Source of the DNA: an uncultured bacterium
GTDB taxonomy: Bacteria; Chloroflexota; UBA5177; JANWHV01
DNA: 64,000 nt
Direction: 5' to 3'
Assembly: GCA_963827235.1 (NCBI GenBank)
Contig: CAWHAE010000016.1
Span: 640,001-704,000 of the forward strand
Both the position numbers and the translations under genes were made by a program. Shown here one piece after another: positions 22,038 through 32,606 of the stretch. The notes beneath the pieces are model-generated. The model had not been told where the DNA came from. It saw only the letters and a program-made list of their open reading frames with translations, and did not search any database. Numbering within the stretch: the first letter of the stretch is position 1; every line of letters begins with the position of its first letter.

Positions 22038-23096
22038 TTAGCAGATGCGGGGGAGCTGCTCACCGATTTGCACGCTCACCACGCGCGTGGCCCCGATCCC
22101 GGTTGCCGCCACTACCAGGCCCGGATGCCGCGCCACCACGGTGCCGATCGCCGCTGCTTGCCGGCCCAGCGGATGAGCGCGCATACGCGCCAGCACCAGG
22201 TCGGCTGCCTCTGGCGCCACGAATGCCAGCAGCTTGCCTTCATTCGCCACGTGAAGAGGATCCATACCCAGCAGCTCGCAGGCGGACGCCACCGGCGAGT
22301 TGACCGGTATGTCCTGCTCCCTGATTGCGACACCCACGTTGGATGCGCGGGCGATTTCGTTCAGCACGGCCGCCACACCTCCCCGCGTGGCATCGCGTAG
22401 CACATGCACCGGCGCCGCATCCGCGAGCATGGCGGCCACGAGCCCATTGAGCGGGGCGCTGTCGGACACAATGGGCGACTCGAACTCCAGGCCCTCGCGC
22501 ACGCTCATGATCGCCATGCCGTGATCGCCGATCGTGCCGCTGACGATGACCACGTCTCCGGGAATGGCTCGAGCGGGTCCGATCTGAAGTCCATCGGGAA
22601 GAAGGCCAATCCCGCTGGTCGTGATGAATACGCCGTCGCCGTGGCCTTTCTCCACCACCTTGGTGTCCCCGGTGACCAGGCGCACGTCTGCCGCCCTCGC
22701 CGCGGCGGCCATTCGCGTGACGATGTCCCCGAGCACCGCCAACGGCAACCCCTCCTCGACGATGAAGGCGGCGCTCAAATAGAGCGGCCGCGCCCCGCTC
22801 ATCGCAATATCGTTCACGGTGCCGTTCACCGCCAGCTCGCCGATGCTGCCGCCCGGAAAGAAAAGCGGGCGCACTACAAATGAGTCGGTGGAGAATGCCA
22901 GCCGGCCTCCCGGCGCCGGCAGCACAGAGGAATCGCCGAGGTCCTCCAGGATCTCGTTGCGGAAGGCAGGCAGGAAGATATGCTCGATCAGCTCGCTGGT
23001 GAGCTTACCGCCGCCGCCGTGACCGAGGACAATGTTCAGCTGGTCGCGCAGCGGCAAAGGACAGCTCCAGCCCTCGACGTTCAGCGACTCGGTCAT
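22038..23096 (-). CDS. hypE: hydrogenase maturation protein HypE
   Basis: 'GHGGGGKL','[17 protein letters not shown]','GDTKVV','RDATRGG','ANEGK', C-terminal 'PRIC'; ATGA overlap with hypD. Confidence 0.97.
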   Translation of the reverse strand: MTESLNVEGWSCPLPLRDQLNIVLGHGGGGKLTSELIEHIFLPAFRNEILEDLGDSSVLPAPGGRLAFSTDSFVVRPLFFPGGSIGELAVNGTVNDIAMSGARPLYLSAAFIVEEGLPLAVLGDIVTRMAAAARAADVRLVTGDTKVVEKGHGDGVFITTSGIGLLPDGLQIGPARAIPGDVVIVSGTIGDHGMAIMSVREGLEFESPIVSDSAPLNGLVAAMLADAAPVHVLRDATRGGVAAVLNEIARASNVGVAIREQDIPVNSPVASACELLGMDPLHVANEGKLLAFVAPEAADLVLARMRAHPLGRQAAAIGTVVARHPGLVVAATGIGATRVVSVQIGEQLPRIC

Positions 23097-24202
23097 ACCC
23101 CGGCCTTCTCCGTCTCGGCAAAGCGCCCATACTGGTAGTAGGCCGCGCAGGCGCCCTCGCTGGACACCATCGTGGCGCCGAGCGGCCTCCGCGGCGTGCA
23201 CTCCTTGCCGAAGGCAGCACACTGATGGGGCTTGATCAGACCCTGCAGCACCTCGCCGCTTCGGCAGAGGCTCGATTCCTTGGTATCGATCGCGGTCACG
23301 CCGTAGCGACGCTCCGCGTCAAAGTCCGCGAACTCCGCGCGCAACCGCCATCCGCTGCCGGGAATGGTGCCGATGCCCCGCCAGGTGCGGTCGGTCACCT
23401 CGAAGACCTCCTGCAAGATCCGCTGGGCAGGCACGTTTCCCTGTTCGGTCACCGCGCGCTGGTAGGCGTTCTCGACCTCACCGCGTCCCTGCTCGAGCTG
23501 CAGCACGGCACGCCGGATCCCCTCCAGCACGTCGAGCGGCTCGAAGCCCGTCACGACGATCGGCACGTGGTGGCGCTCTGCGATGTCCATGTACTCTCTG
23601 TAGCCCATGACCGAGCACACGTGCCCGGCGGCAAGGAATCCCTGGACCCGGTGATAGGGGGAAGCGAGAATGGCTTCGATGGCAGGCGGCACGAGCACAT
23701 GGGAAACCAGCATGGAGAAGTTCCCGATGCCTTGCCGGCTCGCCTGCATCACCGCCATGGCGTTGGCCGGCGCCGTCGTCTCGAAGCCGATGCCGAAGAA
23801 TACGACTCCCTTGGCAGGATTCTCACGTGCAATCTTGATCGCGTCGAGCGGCGAATAGACGATGCGGACGTCACCTCCCTGGCTCTTGACCGAGAACAGG
23901 TCTTTGCCGCTGCCGGGCACGCGGAGCATGTCGCCGAAGGAACAGAAGATGACACCGGGCATGGCAGCAATGGCCAGGGCCTTGTCGATGACCTCCAGCG
24001 GAGTAACGCATACCGGGCAACCGGGGCCATGGATCAGCTCGATTTTGGACGGCAGGAGCTGGTCGATCCCGTTGCGGATGATGGAGTGGGTCTGGCCGCC
24101 GCACACCTCCATCAGCGCCCAGTCCCTGGTCGTCACGCGGCGAATGTCGTCCAGCAGGGCCTTCGCCAGCGCGCCGTCCCGGAACTCAGCAAGATACTTC
24201 AC
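23093..24202 (-). CDS. hypD: hydrogenase maturation protein HypD
   Basis: 'MEVCGGQTH','GPGCPVC','GFETTAP','GHV','[17 protein letters not shown]'. Confidence 0.98.
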   Translation of the reverse strand: MKYLAEFRDGALAKALLDDIRRVTTRDWALMEVCGGQTHSIIRNGIDQLLPSKIELIHGPGCPVCVTPLEVIDKALAIAAMPGVIFCSFGDMLRVPGSGKDLFSVKSQGGDVRIVYSPLDAIKIARENPAKGVVFFGIGFETTAPANAMAVMQASRQGIGNFSMLVSHVLVPPAIEAILASPYHRVQGFLAAGHVCSVMGYREYMDIAERHHVPIVVTGFEPLDVLEGIRRAVLQLEQGRGEVENAYQRAVTEQGNVPAQRILQEVFEVTDRTWRGIGTIPGSGWRLRAEFADFDAERRYGVTAIDTKESSLCRSGEVLQGLIKPHQCAAFGKECTPRRPLGATMVSSEGACAAYYQYGRFAETEKAGV

Positions 24203-24232
24203 GCGTTCATCCTCTCAGTCCAGGCCTGCCGG

Positions 24233-24481
24233 CTACTCGACGGCCAGATTCTCCTCGAGCACACTCATCTCGCGAAATAGCGCGAGCGACTCCTGCGCGG
24301 ACTGCTCGTCGAGTCTGGTGATCGCGAAACCCACGTGCACGATCGTGTAGTCGCCGATCTCTGCCTCGGGCACGTAGGCCAGACAGATGTCCTTCACGAT
24401 ACCGCCGAAGTTGGCGCGACCCATGCGCACGCCATTCTCCTCGTACACCTCAGTGATCTGCCCGGGAATGCCAAGGCACAT
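24233..24481 (-). CDS. hypC: hydrogenase chaperone HypC
   Basis: 'MCLGIPG...GDYTIVHVGFA'. Confidence 0.96.
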   Translation of the reverse strand: MCLGIPGQITEVYEENGVRMGRANFGGIVKDICLAYVPEAEIGDYTIVHVGFAITRLDEQSAQESLALFREMSVLEENLAVE

Positions 24482-24521
24482 GGTCGCCGCCTCTCGTTCT
24501 AAGCAACTGAACTGTGAGCCA

Positions 24522-26936
24522 TCACGATTGTGCCACACCCTGGGCTTCCCGGTCTTGCCGAGGCCCGACAGCGCGGCGACCGCCGATTACTGCCTGGCCA
24601 AGCGCCAGACCACCGTCATTAGGCGGCACCTGATGATGTGCGAGCACGGAGAACCCGCTCGACCGGCAGGCCTTTATCGTCTCGGACAACAAACGAGCGT
24701 TTTGAAAAACACCGCCGCTGAGCGCTACTACGTTCAGGCCGTCCGCATCCCGAATACGTCTGGCCATCGCTACCACGACCGAGGCTACCGCGTGGTGGAA
24801 GCGCGCCGCAATGGTAGTAGCCGGCTCGCGGCGGCGAAGGTCGGAGACCATAGCAGCGAGCAGGGGAGCCGGATCGATAAGCAGCGATTCAGAGCCATCC
24901 ACCGGCTCCAGAATGCCGAGCTTGTAGCGTTTCCGCGGTTGGCCGCCCGACTCGGCGCCGCCGATCTCGGCATCGGTTTCCTGCGAGGAGAGCAGCGCTT
25001 CCAGCTCGATCGCCGCTTGGGCCTCGTAGGATACCGACTGCCTGAGGCCGATCAAAGCGGCCACGGCATCGAAGAGGCGACCCATACTGCTGCACGGCAC
25101 GCAGCTCAAACCCGTCTCAAGCTGGTGGGCCAGGACCTTGAGCTCCCACGGTCTGGCCGCTTGAACGGGGGCGAGGTCATCGCGCCACGGGATCCCGGCG
25201 GACCACAGGTAGGCGAGCGCCGACCGGTACGGGTGCCTGATCGCACCGTCGCCGCCGGGCAGCGGCACGTACTTCAGATGAGCGGCGCGGCGGAATCCTT
25301 CATAATCGGCGACCAGCACTTCACCGCCCCATATTGCGCCGTCGAGTCCATATCCGGTTCCGTCGAAGCTGAAACCGATCACGGGTTGCCTGCCGTCGCA
25401 GCCGTGCTCAGCCATCACGGATGCCACATGGGCATGGTGGTGCTGGACCTCGACCAGCGGTATGCCGCGGCTCTCGGCCTCGCGAACGGCCCATTGCCGC
25501 GAGAAATAACCGGGATGCAGGTCGCATACGATGCGTTCCGGCTGCAGATGAAACAGCGCCTGCAGGTGTCCGGCGATCCTGCCGAACGCTTCGAGCGTCT
25601 CCAAGTTCTCCATGTCGCCGATATGCTGGCTCAAGATGGCGTGCCGGCCCTCCGTGATGCAGACCGTGCTCTTCAGCTCGCCGCCAACGGCGAGCACCGG
25701 CAGCACCTCGAAGGGCAGCTGTACCGGAAACGGCGCATAGCCCCGGGATCGGCGGAACGGCGTCTCAGCTCCCTGCACGACGCGCACCACGCTGTCGTCG
25801 CAGGGCACGTGAATGCCGCGGTCGTGCTGCAGAAATACGTCCGCGACCTGGCCGAGCCGAGCACGAGCGCCGGCATTGTCGATCTCTATCGGCGCCCCGC
25901 TCAGGTTGCCCGAGGTCATGACCAGCGGTGTCTCTCCCACGAGCAGATAGTGCAGCGGCGTGTAGGGCAGCATGATGCCGACCGTGTCGTTTCCGGGAGC
26001 GATCGACGGCGCCAGTCCTGCGCCCAATCTTGCCACGATCACAATCGGTCGCTGCGCGCTCTGCAGGCGAGCGGCTTCCGCATCGTCGATCCTGGCGACA
26101 AGGCGCACAGCATCCAGATCGCGCGCCATGATCGCGAAAGGCTTCCCTTCACGACCCTTGCGCGCCCTGAGCATGGCCACGGCGTCCTCGTTGGTAGCAT
26201 CGCAAGCCAGGTGAAAGCCCCCCAGTCCTTTGACAGCGAGGATCGCTCCGAGGCTCAGATGCTCCCGGGCCGCGGCGATCACCTCGGCAGAGTCGCCCCT
26301 CGTCGTGCCCCCGTCGCGCAGCTCCAGCCACACGCGCGGGCCGCACCGCGGGCAGGCGATCGGCTGCGCATGGTAACGCCGATCGGCTGGGTCGCCGTAC
26401 TCCCGCGCGCAGGCTGGACACATGGCAAAGGCCGACATCGTGGTGCTCGGGCGATCATACGGGACGTCGCGGATGATGGTGAAGCGAGGCCCGCAGTTCG
26501 TGCAGTTTATGAATGGATAGAGGTATCGCCGGTCCGCCGGATCGAACAGCTCGCGCAAGCAGTCGGCGCACGTAAAGAGGTCGGCGGAAATCAACGTGCG
26601 CGCGCCGGCCCGCTGTTCCGAAGCGACGATCACAAACGTGGTCTCACCACGCGCGGGGATCGAACGCGACTCGACCGCTTCGACGTGGGCCAGCGGCGGC
26701 GCCTCAGCGACAAGACCCATTTCAAATGCGTCGAGAGACGGCGCCTCACCTTCGACCTCCGCGAACACGCCGTCTCCGTCGTTGCCGACAAAGCCGGAGA
26801 GCGCGAGCCGGTGCGCCAAGCCGTAGACAAACGGCCGGAAGCCGACGCCCTGTACGATGCCTCGCACCCTGATCCGCCTGCGACGCACGGCGGTTGGCAC
26901 TGCCGGGCCGGCCGGCCGATCGGTCCCTGGGTACAT
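24522..26936 (-). CDS. hypF: carbamoyltransferase HypF
   Basis: Acylphosphatase 'GIVQGVGFRPF', Zn fingers 'CADC..CTNCGPR','CPAC..CPRCGP', 'KGLGGFHL','QHHHAH','DGTGYG','PNDGGLALGQ'. Confidence 0.98.
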   Translation of the reverse strand: MYPGTDRPAGPAVPTAVRRRRIRVRGIVQGVGFRPFVYGLAHRLALSGFVGNDGDGVFAEVEGEAPSLDAFEMGLVAEAPPLAHVEAVESRSIPARGETTFVIVASEQRAGARTLISADLFTCADCLRELFDPADRRYLYPFINCTNCGPRFTIIRDVPYDRPSTTMSAFAMCPACAREYGDPADRRYHAQPIACPRCGPRVWLELRDGGTTRGDSAEVIAAAREHLSLGAILAVKGLGGFHLACDATNEDAVAMLRARKGREGKPFAIMARDLDAVRLVARIDDAEAARLQSAQRPIVIVARLGAGLAPSIAPGNDTVGIMLPYTPLHYLLVGETPLVMTSGNLSGAPIEIDNAGARARLGQVADVFLQHDRGIHVPCDDSVVRVVQGAETPFRRSRGYAPFPVQLPFEVLPVLAVGGELKSTVCITEGRHAILSQHIGDMENLETLEAFGRIAGHLQALFHLQPERIVCDLHPGYFSRQWAVREAESRGIPLVEVQHHHAHVASVMAEHGCDGRQPVIGFSFDGTGYGLDGAIWGGEVLVADYEGFRRAAHLKYVPLPGGDGAIRHPYRSALAYLWSAGIPWRDDLAPVQAARPWELKVLAHQLETGLSCVPCSSMGRLFDAVAALIGLRQSVSYEAQAAIELEALLSSQETDAEIGGAESGGQPRKRYKLGILEPVDGSESLLIDPAPLLAAMVSDLRRREPATTIAARFHHAVASVVVAMARRIRDADGLNVVALSGGVFQNARLLSETIKACRSSGFSVLAHHQVPPNDGGLALGQAVIGGRRAVGPRQDREAQGVAQS

Positions 26937-27321
26937 TGCTCGCGAAACGCCGATTCTCTAGCTGCTGGATTGCAGGTCGCCGGGGCCGGCTGCCCGTGAT
27001 GCAGGATCACCGTGCCCGCGTCTTTCACTGCTTGTACCATACACCGGCGCCATGGCACTGACGAGCCCCGGCATCCCTAGTGCATTCAGGCCACTCTCAG
27101 CAACGGACCGGGTGCGGTGACACCGCGGCACAACGCGAATGCAAACGGCGTGTCTTGATACCTCCCGCCCCACACCCGGCCGATAGGCGGAACACCATGC
27201 GCCGGTCACCGTTTCCCACGACTTGCCGGCGCACGAGCCCGCGCAGCCGGAGGCATGTCGCCATCAGCCATGCCGGCTAAACGGTCGCTCATAGCTGAGC
27301 GCCATCCTGACAACTGCATCT

Positions 27322-27415
27322 GGGACCAGAGGCCCGACGCCTGGGACCAAAACCAGCGCCAATAGGTGAAGCCCGAGGGTGACGTGGACCAGCCATTTTT
27401 CGGGCCGTTTGGCCC
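27322..27415. promoter_or_regulatory. putative DosR-type boxes in the divergent hypF/hdrC intergenic region
   Basis: GGGAC-caga-GGCCC (27322), half-site GGGAC (27343), GGGCC-gttt-GGCCC (27402). Confidence 0.55.
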
Positions 27416-27615
27416 TAGCCCGGCCCATCAGGGTGGTGTATTCCGAAGCCATATGCATAATGTCCTTTGCGGCGGGGCTGTCCGGCGCGCCCTGCGCAGC
27501 GCGCGGTAAGAGGTTGGAGGGGAGGACATCTTTTAGCCGCCTGTACAGCCAGGGATTCACCCGGGTTCCGGGTAAACAACATGGTTGAGCTCTCCTTTTC
27601 CAAGGAAGCAGAGTC

Positions 27616-28233
27616 ATGAGTTATTCACATGTCGCCAAGCATCAGGAAGACCTCGATCTCGAATTTGGTCGGCAAATAGATTCCCAACTGGGCGGCGAAG
27701 ACCTGTACCGCTGCATACAGTGCGGCACCTGCAGCGGTATTTGCCCGCTCAGCATTTTCATGGACCACACGCCGCGACAGATCATGGCCATGACGCGCGC
27801 CGGTTTCAAGGACGAGGTCCTGTCCAGCAACACGCCCTGGCTTTGCGCGTCGTGCTACGCCTGCACCGTCGAGTGCCCCAAAGAGATCAAGATCACCGAC
27901 GTGATGTACGCCATAAAGCGGGAGGCGATCCGGCGGAAGGTCTACCCCAAGCGCTTTCCCGTGGCAGTTCTGGCAAAGGAATTCTTCAATTCCGTGCGGA
28001 ACACCGGCCGCAGCAATGAGGGGCTGATCCTCACGATGATGTTCCTGAAGACCGATCCGCGAAAGCTGGCCGGCAACGCCATGCTCGGCCTTCGCTTGAT
28101 GCGGCACGGGCGGATGGCGCTACGCAAGGAATCGATGGGCAAAGAGGGACTGCGGCAGCTTCAGGCTATCCTGGCAGCCGTCGAGAAAGCGGATGTGGAG
28201 ACCGGTTCGAACCGGCCAGCGGCGGGGCATTGA
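27616..28233 (+). CDS. hdrC: heterodisulfide reductase subunit C
   Basis: 'CIQCGTCSGICP' and 'WLCASCYACTVECP'; precedes hdrB. Confidence 0.92.
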   Translation: MSYSHVAKHQEDLDLEFGRQIDSQLGGEDLYRCIQCGTCSGICPLSIFMDHTPRQIMAMTRAGFKDEVLSSNTPWLCASCYACTVECPKEIKITDVMYAIKREAIRRKVYPKRFPVAVLAKEFFNSVRNTGRSNEGLILTMMFLKTDPRKLAGNAMLGLRLMRHGRMALRKESMGKEGLRQLQAILAAVEKADVETGSNRPAAGH

Positions 28234-29111
28234 CGATGAAATACGTCTACTTCCCCGGTTGCTCGCTAAAGAGCTCCGGCAAAGCGTACGAGGAATCGGT
28301 GCTTGCGGTGTTTGCCAAGCTGGGCGTGCAGCTGCCCGAGCTGCCCGACTGGAATTGCTGCGGCGCCACCTACTACTTTGGCGTGGATGAAGTAAAGGGT
28401 CTGGCCCTGGCGGCACGCAACCTGTGCCTCGCCGAGCAGGCCGAGGGCGAAGAACGCACCCAGCTCGTGACGCCCTGCAGTGCCTGCTACCTCGCTCATA
28501 CCAAGGCGCAGCACTATATGCAGACATACGGCAAAGTCGGCCAAACGATTCAGGAGGGCCTCGGCGCCGCCGGCCTGCACTACGGTGGGCGCGTCGAGGT
28601 GCGCCATCCCCTGGACGTTCTGGTCAACGACATCGGCCTCGACCGGATCAAGGAGAAGGCTACCAAGCCGCTCAAAGGATTGAAGGTCGCCTGTTATTAC
28701 GGCTGTCAAGTCGTGCGACCCTACGCCACGTTTGACGACCGGCGCGATCCCGTGACCATGGACCAGATCCTCCGCACGGCTGGGGCCGACACTGTCGACT
28801 GGTCGCTCAAAGTCCGCTGCTGCGGCGCTTCTCTTACCGGCACCGTCCCGGAAGCAGGTCAATCGCTGGCCGAGGTTCTGCTTCACGAGGCGCGGAAAAA
28901 GGGCGCCAACGTGATTGCCACGGCATGTTCCCTTTGCCAGTTCAATCTCGAGTGTTATCAGGATCAGATCAAGCGTCGCTACGGGAGGCCGGCCGACATC
29001 ACCGTGGCGTACTTCACCCAGCTCCTCGGCCGTGCCCTGGACATTCCCGACCGTCAACTAGGTTTCCAGAGGCTGTTTGTCCCCATGGCGCCGCAGGCTG
29101 CCACTGCGTAA
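28230..29111 (+). CDS. hdrB: heterodisulfide reductase subunit B
   Basis: Two CCG domains: 'YFPGC..NCCGA..PCSAC' and 'YYGC..RCCGA..ACSLC'. Confidence 0.93.
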   Translation: MTMKYVYFPGCSLKSSGKAYEESVLAVFAKLGVQLPELPDWNCCGATYYFGVDEVKGLALAARNLCLAEQAEGEERTQLVTPCSACYLAHTKAQHYMQTYGKVGQTIQEGLGAAGLHYGGRVEVRHPLDVLVNDIGLDRIKEKATKPLKGLKVACYYGCQVVRPYATFDDRRDPVTMDQILRTAGADTVDWSLKVRCCGASLTGTVPEAGQSLAEVLLHEARKKGANVIATACSLCQFNLECYQDQIKRRYGRPADITVAYFTQLLGRALDIPDRQLGFQRLFVPMAPQAATA

Positions 29112-29123
29112 GGAGCCGCCTTT

Positions 29124-31118
29124 ATGATCAGGCTAGTGAATGAAGAGCCTCGTGTCGGCGTATACGTCTGCCACTGCGGGCTGAACATTGCCGCCAAGGT
29201 GGACGTGGAGGCTGTTGCGAAGTTCGCGGAATCCCTTCCCCATGTGGTCATCGCGCGTACCAACAAGTTCATGTGCTCCGATCCCGGCCAGGAAGTCATC
29301 GAGAAAGACATCAGAGAGCTCAAGCTGACCGGCGTAGTCGTGGCCTCGTGCTCGCCGCTGTTGCACGAGCCTACTTTCCGCCGCGCCTGCACCAAAGCTG
29401 GGCTGAACCCGTTTCAGCTGCAGATGGCCAACATCCGCGAGCACGTAAGCTGGGTCACAGCCGACCGAGAGCTGGCGACGGCGAAGGCGCGCGCGCTGGT
29501 GAGCGGGGCCGTGCGGCGTGTCGCGCGCCACTATCCTTTGGAAAAGCAGCGCATGTCGGTCCATCCCGACATACTGGTCGTAGGCGGCGGCATTGCCGGC
29601 ATTCATGCCGCCCTGCTTCTGGCGAACTCGGGGAAGCAGGTCTACCTGGTAGAGCGCGAGCCCACGATCGGCGGCCACATGGCGCAGTTTGACAAGACTT
29701 TCCCCACACTCGACTGCGCCGCCTGTATCCTCACGCCGAAGATGTCCGAGGTGAAGAACCACCCGAACATCAAGCTCTGGACCTACTCCGAGGTGGAAGA
29801 AGTATCCGGGTTTGCCGGCAACTTCAAGGTGAAGGTCCTGCGCAAGCCCCGCTACGTCAAGGAAGACCTCTGCGTCGGCTGCAACGAGTGCGTCACGGCC
29901 TGTGTGTACAAACGCGGTCGTACCGACGACGAGTTCAACGTCGGTCTTTCCAAGCGGAAGCCCGTCTACTCGCCGTTCGCACAGGCCGTGCCGAACTGCG
30001 TAGTGATCGACCCTGAAAGCTGCCTGAAGCTCAAGAACGGCAAGTGCGCAACGACCTGTGTGCCCGTGTGCGAGCGCGGCGCCATCGATTTCGATCAAAA
30101 GCCGGAGCACATCGAGATTGACGTAGGCGCGATTATCCTGGCCACGGGCTACAAGATCTTCGACGCCAACAGGGTGCTGGAGTACGGTTACGGCAAGTAC
30201 CCGAACGTCTATACGACCCTCGAGGTCGAGCGTCTGGTCAATGCCTCCGGCCCCACAGGCGGTGAGATAGTTCTACGCGACGGCAGAACGCCGAAGAGTG
30301 CTGCCATCATCCACTGCGTCGGCTCTCGGGACCGGCGCTACCACCTCTACTGCTCCAACGTGTGCTGCATGTCGGCCCTGAAGATGGCACACCTCGTCAA
30401 GGAACGCACGGGATCGGAGGTGTTCAACTTCTACGTGGACATGCGCACCGCCTTCAAGGGCTACGAGGAGTTCTACGACCAGGTACAAACGGAAGGCGTC
30501 CAGTTCGTGCGCGGCCGGGTCGCCGAGGTGACCGACTGGGCGACGTCCCCCGGCGAGGAAGGAAAGCTGATTGTCTGCTGCGAAGACACGCTGATCGGTG
30601 TGGCGCGCCGCATCCCCGTGGATATGGTCATCCTTGCCGTGGGCCTGGAGCCGCAAATCGACACCCAGGAAGTGCAGCGCACATTCAACATCTCCTGCTC
30701 CAGGGAGGGCTTCTTCTTGGAGCGGCATCCCAAGCTGGGTCCAGTAACCACCTTCTCCGATGGCATCTTCCTTGCCGGCGCCTGCCAGGGGCCCAAGGAC
30801 ATTCCCGAATCGGTCGCTCAGGCCGGTGCCGCGGCGGCCGAGGCTCTCTGCCTGACCGACAAGGGATACATCGAGCTCGAGCCCAACACAGCCTGGATCG
30901 ACGAAGACTCGTGCAGCGGCTGCCGGACCTGTATTCCCCTTTGTCCGTTCCAGGCCATTGTTCGGGACAACAAGAAAGGCATTGCCGTCGTCAACCAGGC
31001 CTTGTGCAAGGGCTGCGGCACGTGCGTAGCGGCCTGCCCGTCGGGAGCTGCCCAGCAGAACCTCTTTACGGACGAGCAGATCTACGAAGAGATCGAGGGG
31101 GTGCTGGCGTATGTCTGA
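29124..31118 (+). CDS. hdrA: heterodisulfide reductase subunit A (FAD/Fe-S)
   Basis: 'VGVYVCHCG.NIA','GGGIAG','DKTFPTLDCAAC','HCVGSRD..YCSNVCC','YEEFY','HPKL.PV','GACQGPKDI', ferredoxin motifs. Confidence 0.97.
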   Translation: MIRLVNEEPRVGVYVCHCGLNIAAKVDVEAVAKFAESLPHVVIARTNKFMCSDPGQEVIEKDIRELKLTGVVVASCSPLLHEPTFRRACTKAGLNPFQLQMANIREHVSWVTADRELATAKARALVSGAVRRVARHYPLEKQRMSVHPDILVVGGGIAGIHAALLLANSGKQVYLVEREPTIGGHMAQFDKTFPTLDCAACILTPKMSEVKNHPNIKLWTYSEVEEVSGFAGNFKVKVLRKPRYVKEDLCVGCNECVTACVYKRGRTDDEFNVGLSKRKPVYSPFAQAVPNCVVIDPESCLKLKNGKCATTCVPVCERGAIDFDQKPEHIEIDVGAIILATGYKIFDANRVLEYGYGKYPNVYTTLEVERLVNASGPTGGEIVLRDGRTPKSAAIIHCVGSRDRRYHLYCSNVCCMSALKMAHLVKERTGSEVFNFYVDMRTAFKGYEEFYDQVQTEGVQFVRGRVAEVTDWATSPGEEGKLIVCCEDTLIGVARRIPVDMVILAVGLEPQIDTQEVQRTFNISCSREGFFLERHPKLGPVTTFSDGIFLAGACQGPKDIPESVAQAGAAAAEALCLTDKGYIELEPNTAWIDEDSCSGCRTCIPLCPFQAIVRDNKKGIAVVNQALCKGCGTCVAACPSGAAQQNLFTDEQIYEEIEGVLAYV

Positions 31119-31623
31119 ACGTATCGACTTGCCTGTGGTGCAAAGCTTCGAGCCGCGCATCATCGCCTTCTTCTGCAACTGGTGCACCTACACGGCCAGC
31201 GACCTGGCCGGCACGTCGCGCCTCACCTACTCTCCGAACACGCGCGTGATTCGCATGATGTGCTGCGGTCGACTGGATCCTGAGTTCGTCTTTGCCGCCC
31301 TGCGGCAGGGTGCGGACGGGGTGTTGGTTGGCGGCTGCCATCCCGGTGACTGCCACTACCGAGAAGGCAACTACAAGTGCCTGCGCCGCTTCAAGCTCAT
31401 CCGCCGTTACCTTGCCCAGATGGGCATTGAAGACGCACGCGTACGTCTGGAATGGATCGCGGCTTCCGAGGGTGACCGCGTCCAGAAGGTCACCAACGAA
31501 ATGGTGGCCCAGATCAAGCAGCTCGGACCTCTGAATCTGCGGACGATGCCCAGGTTGCTGGATGGTGGGCAGCTCCGGGCTTCCGAGCCTGCAGTCGCTC
31601 AAGCTGTAGGAGTCGGCACATGA
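31111..31623 (+). CDS. mvhD: hydrogenase iron-sulfur subunit MvhD
   Basis: 'FFCNWCTY..DLAG..MCCGR..GCHPGDCHY..GN'. Confidence 0.95.
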   Translation: MSERIDLPVVQSFEPRIIAFFCNWCTYTASDLAGTSRLTYSPNTRVIRMMCCGRLDPEFVFAALRQGADGVLVGGCHPGDCHYREGNYKCLRRFKLIRRYLAQMGIEDARVRLEWIAASEGDRVQKVTNEMVAQIKQLGPLNLRTMPRLLDGGQLRASEPAVAQAVGVGT

Positions 31624-32597
31624 GCAAGCCTAAAGTAGGTTTCTACTGGTGCGCCTCGTGCGGCGGCTGCGAAGAGTCGGTCGTCGACCTTGCCGAGGGC
31701 ATTCTCGACGTCGCCGCGGCCGTCGACTTCGTTTTCTTCCCAGTCGCCATGGATTTCAAGCGCTCCGACGTCGAAGCCATGGCCGACGGCGAGATGGCAG
31801 TCTGCTTCATCAACGGCTCCATACGAAGCTCCGAACAGCAAGAAATGGCACACCTTCTTCGCCAAAAGTCGCAGATCCTGATCGCCTACGGCGCCTGTTC
31901 CTACCAGGGTGGCATCCCCGGCTTGGCAAACCAGTTCGATCGGGAGTCCATTCTGCGATGCGTCTTCCAGGAGTCACCCAGCACCGTGAATGCCGAAGGC
32001 GTGCGCCCTTCAGCGACCGTCATGTCCCCGGAAGGGGAGCTGGAGCTGCCCACGCTCGACGAGGATGTCAAGGAGTTGGACCAGGTAGTGCCCGTCGATT
32101 ACTACGTGCCCGGCTGCGCGCCGCCGGTCCAGCTGCTCAAGGACGCGCTCGCCGCCATTTTGGAAGGCAAGCTGCCGCCAACAGGGGCGGTCCTGGCTCC
32201 CGATATGGCCCTCTGTGCCGGCTGTCCCCGCGCCGACTCCAAGCCCGACAAACCGCTGATCGACCGCTACCGGCGGCCTCACTTGAGCGCGATAGATCCC
32301 GACCTGTGCCTCCTCGCGCAGGGCTTTATATGCCTTGGGCCGGCGACACGTGCCGGCTGCGACTGGCCGTGCATCAAGGCCAACATGCCGTGCTCCGGCT
32401 GTCTGGGGCCGGTGTCCCATACACGCGACTTTGGCGCAGCCGCCATGTCGGCCCTGGCCTCGCTCGTCAACTCGAACGAAGAGGCGACGATCGAGTCGGC
32501 ACTGGAGGATATTCCCGACCCGGTCGGCACGTTCTATCGTTACGGCCTGCCGGCTTCCATGCTGTTCGCCAAGGCCGGCGCCAGCTCTCGGACCTGA
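31620..32597 (+). CDS. mvhG: group 3c [NiFe]-hydrogenase small subunit
   Basis: 'WCASCGGCE','YGACSYQGGIPGLAN','PGCAP','CLL.QG..CLGPATRAGC..CIKANMPCSGC'. Confidence 0.93.
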   Translation: MSKPKVGFYWCASCGGCEESVVDLAEGILDVAAAVDFVFFPVAMDFKRSDVEAMADGEMAVCFINGSIRSSEQQEMAHLLRQKSQILIAYGACSYQGGIPGLANQFDRESILRCVFQESPSTVNAEGVRPSATVMSPEGELELPTLDEDVKELDQVVPVDYYVPGCAPPVQLLKDALAAILEGKLPPTGAVLAPDMALCAGCPRADSKPDKPLIDRYRRPHLSAIDPDLCLLAQGFICLGPATRAGCDWPCIKANMPCSGCLGPVSHTRDFGAAAMSALASLVNSNEEATIESALEDIPDPVGTFYRYGLPASMLFAKAGASSRT

Positions 32598-32606
32598 GGA
32601 TTAGCC

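Noticed and set aside
24387-26999. 870-aa ORF on the + strand
   Set aside because: Antisense shadow of hypF/hypC; long stop-free antisense frames are expected in high-GC genes and it has no motifs
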